From positions 7,068,001 to 7,132,000 of the forward strand of contig CM102286.1 in assembly GCA_046563655.1 (NCBI GenBank): 64,000 nt of DNA. The letters run 5' to 3'. Below are positions 37,471 to 49,807 of the stretch, one piece after another. Position 1 is the stretch's first letter. The number at the start of each line of letters is the position of its first letter. Made by a program: the position numbers and the translations under genes. The notes under the pieces are model-generated. The model searched no databases and was not told the origin of the DNA. It saw only the letters and a program-made list of their open reading frames with translations. Source of the stretch: Yuukianura sp. NJ FZ-2021 (lineage: Eukaryota).

Positions 37471-38391
37471 GAGACAACTGAGATAGTTTTTTGATATCAA
37501 CGAACTATTTTCATAACTATTTAAAAGAACTTACAGATGCATCACAGCTTAATAAAAACTACGATTATGCACAACTTTATTGGAATATGTAAAATTGACA
37601 GTTACAGGAGTGTCGTTTTTTTTTCATTAATCTCCAACAGCTACAAAGGGCAAATAATTTCACTTTCACAAATTTCGCATACTTAAGAATTTTTTTTCTT
37701 AAAATACGAAAAAATAATAATTTACTGTAACTTTTAGGTGCAAATTTAAGGCCAAGTGTCAAAAGATTCTCATGCAGATCCTACAAGCACGTCTGTAGTA
37801 CCCCCACAATTACTTAAGGAAAATGGTTAAGAAACTTCGAAAGCTGAGATTAATTCTCATGGAATTAAATGTAAAAATGATTTAACGCTTGCGTTATACC
37901 GATAAGTATGGCTTAATTAGTATTGCAATCAACGTAAATCTCCGCCTCCTCTTCACACTCAATAGGTTCTCCTGAAAAATCCATTGTTTTCATTTGCTCT
38001 GGTTCATTCTTCTGTACATGCTCCGGTGTACAAAGATTTATATTAATTATAAGCCTCAAGATTTGTATCAAATAGACACAATATTTTGTGCCTGCTCTTC
38101 CATTAAGTTAAACACACTCCTGCTCCTCAAACACAGTTTTCGACATATAGCAAAAGCTAAGTTTCAAAAAAAAAATATAAATCAAGTCTTGAAATTATGA
38201 AAGCAAGGTTAAGTGACCATGCAAGTCAGACATTCAACCTAAAACCAGTACAACACGGTCCTTGTCCCTCAACGTTGTTGGAAAAAGAAAACTTGGTCAA
38301 TTTTATTCTAGGTTTGAACGGTTTAGGAGCTAGTTTTAGTTTGGTCTTTAACCAGTTCACAACAACCTTGACAGTGTCAACTGCTGACGTC

Positions 38392-40953
38392 ATGAAGATT
38401 CATAGCTTGGTTTGGTCGGCAGGGTCATGTATCCTTTTGTGCTCATTTGTCAACGAAGGTGGAGCAACGCTCATGCTCGGCAGCATGATGCTTGCCGCCA
38501 AAACTGGACTCATGCTGGGCAAAATGGGAGTCGGTGGAATGATGATGATGTTGTTGGCGGGTAAGTTTGAATTACAGAGAGAATTCGTTTTTACTTGAAA
38601 CTAGTTGCGGCACTTGTCATCCTTCTGTCGCTACATCTCAGAATTTTACTAATTGAGAGCCGTTTTGTTTTCAGCTCAGCAAGGTTATGATAGCGGTGGG
38701 TCTAGCGGTTATGGTAGGAAACGATTCATTCGAAGTACTGGAGCAAAGGAAAACGAAACATCGACTCCGAAGTTAGCTTCGGCTGAAGAAATTTTGGTAA
38801 CTGAAAGAATGGTGCGTCAAATTGATTCGACGCTTGATAGTTTGACGTGTATCCCGAAGTTTGTTTGCGGAATGAACGCTGAACCGCCCTCAAAGAAGAC
38901 GAGCATCATCAACGACTACGGACACCTTCTCAAAGTCCTTTTCGAGTAAGTTGCACGTTCAAAATAAACTTTCGGAAAAAAAGTTATGTGAAATCTCAAG
39001 TCCATAATTTCACTTTTGTGTTAAAGAGTACAGAATGCTGAATTTTATTTTCTTACATTATGATATTATTTTGTATTTACTTAATTCAGTGCTTCGGTGC
39101 TTTTTACTTTGATTTGTTTTTAATTTACATTTTTGTTAATTCAGCGATGATGAAGATGATGATTCCGAGGAAGACGGCAAGAAAGGCAAAGGAAAGAAAG
39201 AGAAAGTTGGCACAGACTCGGCCGATGAAGATGCGGTTCTGGAAGATATGGTCAATGACGAGCTAATTGAAGAAGATCCGGCACTTTTGCCGTTCATTTT
39301 GAAAGATGTCGTGAAAAGACACAGGCCTAAACCGGGGAACAATGCGGATTATGATATGCCACCCAACCCCATGCCGTTCTACCCCAGACCACCCCCACGA
39401 CACTCCCCTCTCTCAGGCCTCAGCGCGTACTTACCAAAAGTGAAAGCTGGTTTGGGCACCAAAGTTTCCGATTCTGATTTCGATAGTGACCCGTTCTTCT
39501 CTGGATTTCGGAGCCTCAAGGCTTTGTTGCAAAATGACACCAAAGGTGAACACAGAATGGTCCCAATTTTAGCCACCGATGAACTACCATCGGACGTGAA
39601 GATGACGATGGCTGAGCGAAAAAGTTTCATTCGAAGGAAAGCAAAAGAATTGGAAAGTGTAAGTGTTTTTCAGCAGTGTTTTTTAATGCTTGAATAAACT
39701 AAAAAATGTTATTAAATAATTCTTCTTATCTAAAAAAATATCATAGACCAAGGATGGTCTTGAGAAATACCGAATTGCTGCAGAAGTGGGTCGGCAGCTG
39801 AAAAACAAGAAGGATTGCGGAGAAGTATTCAAGAAATGTCCGTACAAATGGGAAGAAGTGACTGGCGTTGTTTCCAACATCAGAAATGTTATCACCAACC
39901 ATCCAGTTATTACGGGCAAGCAGCCAACCCCAGAGAAAGTCGTGTATATGGTACTCAAAAACAATTGCTACCCAGCGCAAAAATTCTACATTCAATTTGC
40001 TTACAGTTAAAAGATTTCTGAATTTTAATTAACTAATCAACTGTTTTTCAGAAAATGAGTAATGGTGGAAGTATGAATGATAGCCTTTTGAGCATTGCTG
40101 CTGCTGGAGTTGGCGAAGAGGGGACTACAGTTGTGCAAGATTTAGGAAATGGCACACTTATGGAAATCTCCATGAAATTGGTTCCAATGAAAAAGGCAAG
40201 CTGAAATTTTTTTTTTAAATTTTCAAAAATGTCACTGATTTAAAAAAAATTGTGTCACATTTTTAAACTCCTGTATACGCTTCTTTCAATTAGGTCGATA
40301 TATTGCCGTCTCCTCTTGTTGAGAACTTAGGAATGAGTCCCAACGACTTCAAGCGAACTAACAAAACTGCTAAATATCCAACTGATACAAGATTTTCCAC
40401 CCAGAAGCCACCTCAGTTGACGGAAGATGACCTTGACGCTGCTGCGTTAGCTTTGCAAAACAAAAATATGAATAAGGCAGGTCCTAAGCAAGCAAAACGA
40501 CCACCACGTCCGAAACCCGGAAAAGTTCCCGTTTTAAAAGAAGAGCCAGCTACTTTGCCCACTCCGATTTCGGAAGACGATGAATTCGAAGATGCTTTTC
40601 CAATTCTCCTCAAGCAAATCCAGAAACTTGCACCAACTAGCAGCAGCAACAAGCAGCCAGCGAAGGAAAAAGATCAAAATGATGAAACAGATGATGAAGA
40701 TGATGATGATGATGAAGATGACGATGGAGACGATGATGGGGATGATGATGACAATGAGGAATCGGAAGCAGCAAGAGGTCAAGCCTTCCGACGTCGGAAT
40801 AATGCTCCATTTTCATTTCTTCGAAGAACAACGTTTCCTGTAAATCGGAGACACAACCGAAGCGGAAATAAATTGAATCCAGAAACAATCGAAGAACCGA
40901 AAGTTTCTCGGTTTTCTTCAACATTCACAGCAGCCGATACGAAGAGTCTTTAG
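38392..40953 (+). CDS. Secreted DM4/DM12-like 4-Cys precursor with Met/Gly-rich segment, G-RKR site and Asp-rich tracts (multi-exon)
   Basis: MKIHSLVWSAG signal; LMLGSMMLAAKTGLMLGKMGVGGMMMMLLA; GYGRKR; CIPKFVCGM; YRIAAEVG...CGEVFKKCPY; terminal exon with poly-Asp. Confidence 0.75.
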
Positions 40954-41641
40954 GATTCAGTTGATGCGGGGGTTATTGTTTTAAAAACACAAAATTCATT
41001 TAAAATACGTTTTGTTAAAATATCAAAAACACAATCGGTGCAGTTACAGTTTTTGTTACAGTTTAATTTAAGTTTTTATTTTTTAATTAATTGTTTTGTT
41101 AATCTAAACTATTCAAGTTTACACAAAATAAATGTTTTCCAAATCTTGTGAAGATAGAAAGTGAAACTTCCATTTTTTCCTGTCACTTTAGATAACCCTG
41201 TATTCACACGAAAAAAAACAATCACAAAAGAACAGGTTGGGTAACCTGTAAAATTGAAAGTAATTGTGAAAGTTATAGAGAATGAAATAATCATGCAGTA
41301 TTCCCTATACACTTGACCATTTTCATTGCCAAACACAGTTTCTTGGCACTTTTCATGCAAAGGGGCTTGCCTATGTTTTCGATGAAATGTTGAACTTTTA
41401 TGACTTGCTTTTCTATTTGACCTTCATCACCTTCTTGTGCCGATGACCCTAACTTAAGTAATTAGAAGGCTACAATGGAAGAATAAGGGAAGGGGGGCTT
41501 CTCACTGTTTTCTCTTCCTTTTCCCACGTCTTCAAAAACCAATTCTTCCTGCAAGAGCGACACAGTTCTTTGGAAGACCTCGGCCGAAGCGTCTTCTCTT
41601 GAATTTACTTCTGTAGTAACGTGGACACAGCGGAAGTTAGG

Positions 41642-43496
41642 ATGAAGATCGCAGTTTGTGTAGCTGTCCTCGGCGCGTTTGTTGGTAATTTTACGATTGA
41701 ATTAAATTTATGACAATTTTATTGCATAAGTTAGTGTTTTTTAATACAAGTTCATAAGTAGCATTTTGTTCAGTGCAAATTTGTTGTTAAAATTTCAGGA
41801 CCTGCGCTGTGTGGGGTTCTAACGCTGACATCACAGGGAATCCAGTACCTAAACAATGAGCAGTTCGCTGCCATGCAGGATCCTTACGGCGTAGGGGCTA
41901 CGCAACAAGGGCAGCAAGCAGGCGCAGGCGGTTTATGGTAAAATTTAAAAAAAGAAGGTTTTCTTTTTTAATTTCTCATCTTTTAAGCGTAGTGAGGAAA
42001 TTTAAATAGAGAAATTTGCACACGAGTTTGTAAAGGAAACTTTACTTTAACCTCATCTTGTCATCGTGCGTCTGAAACACAGAAACAGGTTTTCATTGGA
42101 TACTTTTCTCTTGAATTCGGTGCCACTAGGCCATCGTTTTGTCAACTTTCTTTGATGTGTGCTAGATCCAATTGAATTAGCATATACAATTAACCGACTA
42201 AACTTATTCAAATAATATTGACTTTACTTGGTTCAAATCAAAGGAAAATCATTTTTCCATTTCAGGGGTGGTGATGGAGGTACTGGTGGTGGAGCGGTTG
42301 CTGGTCATGGTGGGGCAGGACCTCCGCAAGTCCAGTATGATGATGACGAGGAGAACCAATCGGAACCTGATGATACTGATGACGACGTTGACGATGTAGA
42401 GGAAAAAGACGATGACGAGGAAAGTGAGGAAGTAGCTGATGCTGATGCTGATGTTTTGGCTGACGATGTCCCAGAAGTGAAAAGTACCAAGTACTCTGTC
42501 AAAAAAGCCCCGAAGGCTTCCAAAGGAACTAAAGCCACCAAGAAGTCCCAGAAAAAGAAGAAGGTCAAGGAGAGCGAAGAAGCTGATGACGACGTAGAAC
42601 CGGAGGCTGACGATGCTGATGGAGAAGAGAAGCCGCGTCCCCCGCCACCAATGCCCGATGTCCTAAAACAAGAAATGTCCATGAGTCAATACGACTCGTC
42701 TCCAGGTTACGGCGGACCGAGTGCTGGAGGCCAACAGCCAGGCGGAGCTAGTCCACCACTTCTGTCCAGGATGGCCACATTCCTTGGGTCGTTGCTTGGA
42801 GGACGCACTGGAGTAGGAAGTGATCCAATCTACATGAATCGTAATGCCAAATCGATCTCGTCTGAAGTCTCTGAAGCCTCCATGGAGCCACTCGTCAGGA
42901 CAAAGCGACAGATGAGGTTGGGCGGCGTCCAAATGCAGCCATTCTATCATGTAAGGAACAATATTAGAACTATGGTCCGACGCCCGCCCAACACAAAACT
43001 AGCACCCACTCCCGTAGATGACTTTAATACGCTAAGTGAGAAGAATTCTAAACCAATTAAACTTTTTATGGAACCGTATTCAGCTCCAGCCACCTACCAG
43101 TCTCCACCACTAAGTCCAGCTCAAGCAGTCCGTGCTCCTCCAAGTACAGGCGGTGTGAATCCAGGAAATACTGGAGTTGGATCTTCTGGACTTGGACAGG
43201 GGGTACCGAAACAATCAAGCTCTTCTAACAGTGGTGGTGGAAACAAGCAAGGATCTTCGGGCGGGAACAAAAAGAACAATTCAAATAAGCGAGGCGGAAA
43301 CAAAGGCAGTGAGGAGGGCAGCAGTGAAGAAGATGATGATTCAGATGAAAATAGTAGCGACCCATTTCTAAATTATGGCGAAGAAGATGAAGAAAGTAAT
43401 GCAATTGGCGTGGGAGCGGATTACGGTGGTGACGACAGTGCAGCAGAGGATGACGACGATGACGAATACGACGATGAAGATGATGCCCGGAGATAA
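41642..43496 (+). CDS. Secreted low-complexity acidic/Gly/Pro-rich protein (3 exons)
   Basis: MKIAVCVAVLGAFVG|PALCG signal, 1.2-kb open terminal exon, alternating Asp/Glu-rich and Lys-rich blocks, RTKR site. Confidence 0.75.
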
Positions 43497-44537
43497 CGTT
43501 GCGTAGAGATATTGTTACCCTCGAGGTTGGTTTAGCTCATTTACTTCGCCTTGTTTCAGTTGTAGTCACAAGTTATTAATGTTATTCAATTTTCATTGTT
43601 GCCTCGAATTACTTGACACGTTTTATATTGCACTGCACCTAATATTAAACTAAATAGTATTTTATGCACAAACTAGTTCGTTTAATGAAGGCATCATCTT
43701 ACAAAAAGAAACTGCTGATGCTAATATTACTACTGTTGAAGTATTAGAAAAGGTGAACCTGAATTTGTCGAAAAGCGTTGTGGTCAATCGTAAATCGGAA
43801 AATGTGCTAGGGGTATTTTTGGCATCAGGAGAAATACGCTCACTTTTATACACATGCACGTAGGTCAACATATTTTTACTAAAGTTGTTTTCATATTTTC
43901 ATCCCCCACGCTCTGCACCAGAATTTGATTTAAAAAACAATTTGATAGCGCATACGCTTTTGTAACAAAAAAAAAGCTTCCGTTCCAATGACTCGGAAGC
44001 AAATGCTTGAAGCTCGGAAGCTAAAGGAATCTTCTTGTTTGATTCGGTTTTGAAAAGTAATTTTCACATAAAGTAATCAAATGAGTTCAAATTCCTTGAA
44101 AACCATTTTCCTGTTACACCGACATTTGGTCCCAGATCAGTTTTCGATTATGTTTCACTCCGTTGTTTGCAACAAGAAAATTTTAACAAACAACAAGGCT
44201 ACGCCCACATTATAAATATGAGGTGTTTCAAAAATTCAAGCTAAAACCTCAGTAATCACGGAGGAATTGGAAACTTCGTTGAGCTGATTCTACATAGAAT
44301 TTTAAATCTAATACAAAGGAAAAGTCAAATTTCGACGGCTACTTCCTCTCTCTTAACTTTCCTAAGGGCGCATGCCGAAAGTTTTGATTTTTTGTGAATT
44401 TTCAGTGATGAATAGACTGTTTCCGAATATTGCTTTGCAGTAGTAGTACAGTTCAAAGTCCACTTTTTCTTTGCAGCGGTACACAAATACATATAGCTAG
44501 CATGTCTAGAGATTTAATGCCCGTTTTTATCAAAGTA

Positions 44538-46196
44538 CAGTGGCGGCCAAAATTATTGGGACACCCAGTATAAAAATTTTTAAACAACGATAACTTTTTA
44601 ACGAAGTGTCATAATTAATAACTCGATACGTCATTTTATTCAGAAAATAGTTCTTTTCAATCTCCCAAGTTTTTAGAACTTGAAGTCAAGCGGTTTATTT
44701 TATGGAATTTTTTAAACTCAAAACGTCAAAATTCTCGCGGACAAAATTATTGGGACAGCTGGGGTTTTGGAACGAAATCGACAGTTATTGGCATTAGTTT
44801 TCCATCGGTAAGTCACCTAACTTAATTTTTAGTACTTACTAACACTTGTAGTTAATTGTTGATTAGTTTTTCAGAGATGGTTGGCAATATCAAGGAAGTT
44901 CCAGGACCGATACGCGACCTAATCATTCAAGGTTGGGTTGGTGACGAAAATGGTACAAAATCAGTTCGTCAGCTGTCCGAATTGTACCACGTACCCAAGT
45001 CAACAGTACATAACATCATACAAAGGTACCTCAAGACCGGCCATGTCGAAAACCAAGCCGGAAGAGGCCGTAAACCAATTCTTTATGAGAGGGAAGTTCG
45101 CCTGATCACCCAGAAAGTGAAGCTGGACAATCGAGTAAGCGCCGTAGAACTGTCCAAAACACTCAAATGTGACCTTGACACCGAAGTCAGCCCCCGTACT
45201 GTTCAAAGAGTACTTTGCAATCAGAATTTGAGAGCTTTCAAGCCGTTGCGAAAACCGCTTGTGTCAAAGAAGAATGAAGCCAAGAGATTGAAGTTTGCAA
45301 AAGAACACGTTATGAAGCCGGTATCGTTTTGGGAAAGAATTTTATGGTCGGACGAGTCAAAGTTCAACGTGTTGGGGTCAGATGGACGAAAATATGTCCG
45401 AAGAGGTATTGGTGAAGCCTTAAAACCAAAGAACCTCAATGTGACTGTGAAACACGGAGGAGGCAGTGTCATGGTTTGGGGCTGCATGGCTTCAAAAGGG
45501 GCTGGAACCTTGGAATTTATTAACGGAATTATGGATAAATTCGGCTCACTTCGTGTCAAGGTCACTTTTGAGTGTTTTGGACAGTTCTACGGCGCTTACT
45601 CGATTGTCCAGCTTCACTTTCTGGGTGATCAGGCGAACTTCCCTCTCATAAAGAATTGGTTTACGGCCTCTTCCGGCTTGGTTTTCGACATGGCCGGTCT
45701 TGAGGTACCTTTGTATGATGTTATGTACTGTTGACTTGGGTACGTGGTACAATTCGGACAGCTGACGAACTGATTTTGTACCATTTTCGTCACCAACCCA
45801 ACCTTGAATGATTAGGTCGCGTATCGGTCCTGGAACTTCCTTGATATTGCCAACCATCTCTGAAAAACTAATCAACAATTAACTACAAGTGTTAGTAAGT
45901 ACTAAAAATTAAGTTAGGTGACTTACCGATGGAAAACTAATGCCAATAACTGTTGATTTCGCTCCAAAACCCCAGCTGTCCCAATAATTTTGTCCGCGAG
46001 AATTTTGACGTTTTGAGTTTAAAAAATTCCATAAAATAAACCGCTTGACTTCAAGTTCTAAAAACTTGGGAGATTGAAAAGAACTATTTTCTGAATAAAA
46101 TGACGTATCGAGTTATTAATTATGACACTTCGTTAAAAAGTTATCGTTGTTTAAAAATTTTTACACTGGGTGTCCCAATAATTTTGGCCGCCACTG
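44538..46196. mobile_element. Tc1-family transposon rearranged into a palindrome (two 5' ends), 1659 bp, TA flanks
   Basis: ta|CAGTGGCGGCCAAAATTATTGGGACAC ... GTGTCCCAATAATTTTGGCCGCCACTG|ta. 44538-~45192 is repeated inverted at ~45543-46196. Inner direct repeat AAAATTATTGGGACA near 44743. Confidence 0.95.
44877..45734 (+). pseudogene. Truncated chimeric Tc1 transposase ORF
   Basis: Paired-like HTH region, GRGRKP, KPLVS, WSDESKF (first catalytic Asp), KHGGGSVMVWGC. The frame then runs into the inverted arm, so the second Asp and the Glu are absent. Confidence 0.88.
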
Positions 46197-47208
46197 TATG
46201 GACTTGCCAGCTTGCACATTTGACCTCAAAATTTACTTTATTAGATTCAAGCAGCATCTGAGATGACCTTTTGATTATCGTTTTAACATAAATATTGGGA
46301 GTTCATTAAGTGAGTTTCAAATTTTTTCTTCTTCTCCCATGATTGGGAATTGTTTATGTTTATGAGTTCTGTGCAGAGAAAGACGAAACAAACTTTTGTA
46401 GTCGCTAATATCTATTATTTTCAAATATTGTTACATATTGTTTTTATCTTGTGGATTTGAATTTGTTGATGTTTTCAATTCTAATTTGACAGTGCTGTGA
46501 TAACAGAAACTAACAGTTTAAATTGGAGTATTCTAAGAATCCTCGGTTTTGAGATTTACCTGATTACAATTTTTTTATTGTAATCTATTCCAGGGTGTTT
46601 TGCACTTGTTCGCAAAATGTTTCTTTCAACTTCATGGGTATACTAGAAAGCATTGAATTTGGAACAGAATCGAGCACAACCAACCTGCTTTTATGTGCCT
46701 GTTTAAAAACTAAGTAGGGAAATCAGAATTTTTGATTTTTCACACGCACTATACTTCTGTATGTCGGTAAGCACTAATTACCAGTGAAACTTGCGGGTTA
46801 CAAAGAAATTTGTAACTTTTAAGGTTATCTTTCAGGATCGAAGATTGTACAATAATATGTAACTATGTATTAATTTCCTGTTTTCCCTTGCATGAGGGGT
46901 AGAAGAACAGAAAGTGTTGATATTGTTCATTGCGACCTTAGAAAGTGACCACACTTACATTCTTCAACTGTGAGTTTTCAAGTACTCCCACTTAAATTTG
47001 CTTCTTCAATTTCAATTAACTGAATGTCAGTCACAAGTGCTTCGGTAGTCATCTTCATGCATTCGTACAACGCAGTATTTTTTGTTCAACTGGCAACAAA
47101 ATTCCCTTCACCTTGCAACAGTTAAATTCACGTGTGTGGAGCAATTTACGTTTATTTCGCTGACGAAATTTGAAGTGAAAATATTAAAAGAGTGGTCAGA
47201 ATTTGGCA

Positions 47209-48639
47209 ATGGAGTTTGGGCACAAGAGCAGGCATTTTCCAGCGTCACTTTTCTTGCTACTCTACTGCTGTAGCTGGAGTGAAAGTTTATCCTGCAAGAG
47301 CGCTTCTACTGCCGTTGCGTCATTGGTGCTTACGAGTGCGTTTTAAGTTCCTTAAAGTTATTTTTTCAATCAATCAATTTTTGCAGTTTTACTGAGATTG
47401 ATTTTCTAAACAGTGACGCCACCAGCGGCGATGTCGCTTCCCTTTGGAGTTCCGTTTCGCTACCAACCGCCGAGAGGCAGAGATGATATGGAAAGTTCCC
47501 CTGAAGACGAACCCGCGGAGGAACCAAAGCCCCCAAGAACAAAACTTTATTACAAGTTTGCAGCTCAAGTCCTTGAGTAAGTAACTGTAAATAACATAAT
47601 TTCAGCATATTTGGCATGGCAAGTCCGTGATTTTAACATGGGTTGACATATCGTTTTTATTCTACTTTGACCTTGGTGCTCAACCTGTAACAAAAATTTC
47701 GGTTTCCAATTTTGCGAAGAAATATGGTCAGATTACCGTACTCATCATTGACATAGAAAACGAAAGTTCGTACATGTTATGATTATGAATCACTGCACTT
47801 TCGTTAGAGATAGCTTAGGAAAACTTGCAGTACCCTCACCCTTCAACCCTCAAAGTTGCATTTTGAAAAAATGTTTACAACAAAAATGAGAAAAATGAAA
47901 AGCAATGTTGTCTGGCAAGGTTTCCAAAGTTCAATTGCTATTGTGCAGAACCACCCACGTTTCACTTTCGTGACCCATTTCGAAATTGGTTTTATTAAAC
48001 CACTCAAATTATTCTCTACGATGACACTAATTTGACACTTAAATTTCTACTCAACCAAAACAATGAAAATAATTAACAAAAAAATCTTGTTGCAGTTGGG
48101 TTTTCAACGAACTTGATGACAGCGAAGAGGCATTTCCGGTGACACTCGACCCTGTCCATCCCATTTTATCTTCCGAAGAAGAAGAAGTTGAGGATTCTGC
48201 AGAAGCTGAATCGTCTAAACTGGAAAAAGTTGCAAAAGCAACTGAAAAACAGAACTCAAAGAAAAATGCAAAATCCCGATCACGCAGAATAGGCGACACC
48301 AAGAAATCGTCTAAGCGCAAGAATAAAGTTAGTAAGAAAGATGTAGCGATGTACAAGTTGAGACCTCTTGTTGAATATGATGACACGCTTGAAAAAGCTT
48401 CTCTTCCCGAACTAAAGCAAATGTACCATCAGATGAAGAAGGAAGACGAGGGATTTTTCAATTTCAAATTTCTGACGAGTGGACTTTCTTCGTCAGTGCT
48501 CAGATTTGGCAGAAATATGTTCAGGCGAGTGTACTGCGGATGGAGTGGCTATAATTCGTACTGTAATCCGAACAACCATGACGGTCCAGCTTCTATGCTG
48601 TTTGATGAAGTTCAGTACCCTAACCGGATTAAGTATTGA
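47209..48639 (+). CDS. Uncharacterised, probably secreted protein (3 exons)
   Basis: ATG 47209 with hydrophobic N-terminal exon; exon 2 (...YYKFAAQVL) splices in phase (GA|T) to exon 3 (WVFNELDD...YPNRIKY*). Start codon uncertain. Confidence 0.62.
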
Positions 48640-49807
48640 GCGACTATTGAAAAGCAATGTGACCTGAAAGAATTTTGATTGTTTTTTGTGTTAAACACCA
48701 CTACATGTTGATTCCTATTGCGCTACCAGTAATTATTTATTCCTAAGTTAGTCTGCTATGAACTTGATCCTGTCTGTATTTGCAAGTCCCAATGTTTGAA
48801 ATTTATTAACCTGACTTAGCGAGGAGCAGGCTACTCACCTTATTAAATTTAAAACAAAAGAATTTTGACAATAAAATGAAAATGATTGCATGTTTTCAAC
48901 AAATGAAGAAATAACTTTCACTTCGCAGCCAACAAGTGAATTCGGAATCCAAATGATTTTGTCCCAGAACCAGACTTAAATTTGATCAAAATACAGAAAT
49001 TAAATTAGTGACGAATCAATTTCTGTTTCCTTGAAAAACAGTATGTTTTGGTTTTCCATTCGGCTCAAAAAACAACGAAATTACAATAAAAATCCTTCGA
49101 GCCCAGTAATTGAAATTAGGTTTCAATTTGAAATAATTATTTTCAGCCGTGTAAAAAGTTGCGTTTTGCTTCCGGAAATAGATTTGACGATCTAGGGCAT
49201 TTCATGTGTGGTATTGGATATACGAACAACGCTGGAATTTCACTAAAACACAACGATTCATTGGTTCATCACAAGAACAAAAAAGGCATCTTCTTCAATC
49301 TCTCTTTTGTTCTTGATCTTTGCACAACTTTTCACTGTGACCTTAGCAAAGTACTGGTCTTGACCGCCATTGTGTATGCCTGAAAGTGTCTGAATTGCAG
49401 CACTACATGTGAGGGTAGGTTCAGGCAATATTTAAAACTGATTAGCACAACATAATTTGACTTAATTAGCAATTGTTGTTTGAGACAAAGAACTGAAACA
49501 TTTGACACCATCACAATTAATGTCAAATGCATGGGAGGAGGTTTTGGAGCTGTTTCAACCTTCTGGGAATTTTCTTTTATTTGCAATAGCCACACTGTTA
49601 ATAGGAAATGGGCTCAAAATTAGCAGCATGTCGAGTACAGAGCGTCAACCTCCAATTACATAATCTGTTACTTAAGAACGCCTACACTGTTTCAGTTACA
49701 AATAAATTGTGCAGCGTTGCTCAAAATCCGTTTCTGACTTCCTAGTATATAAAGCCATCGAGATCAACTCTGACCCAGTTTATGAGCTCTTGTCCTCCTT
49801 CCTAGTA

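Noticed and set aside
40534..40924. His-rich, Met-rich and Ile-rich ORFs
   Set aside because: Alternative frames of the GAT/GAC poly-Asp tract in the 38392 gene.
45546..45878. A second independent transposon inserted in the opposite orientation
   Set aside because: No internal TIR or TA duplication at the junction and only two outer ends. Better explained as one rearranged element, although recombination between two copies cannot be excluded.
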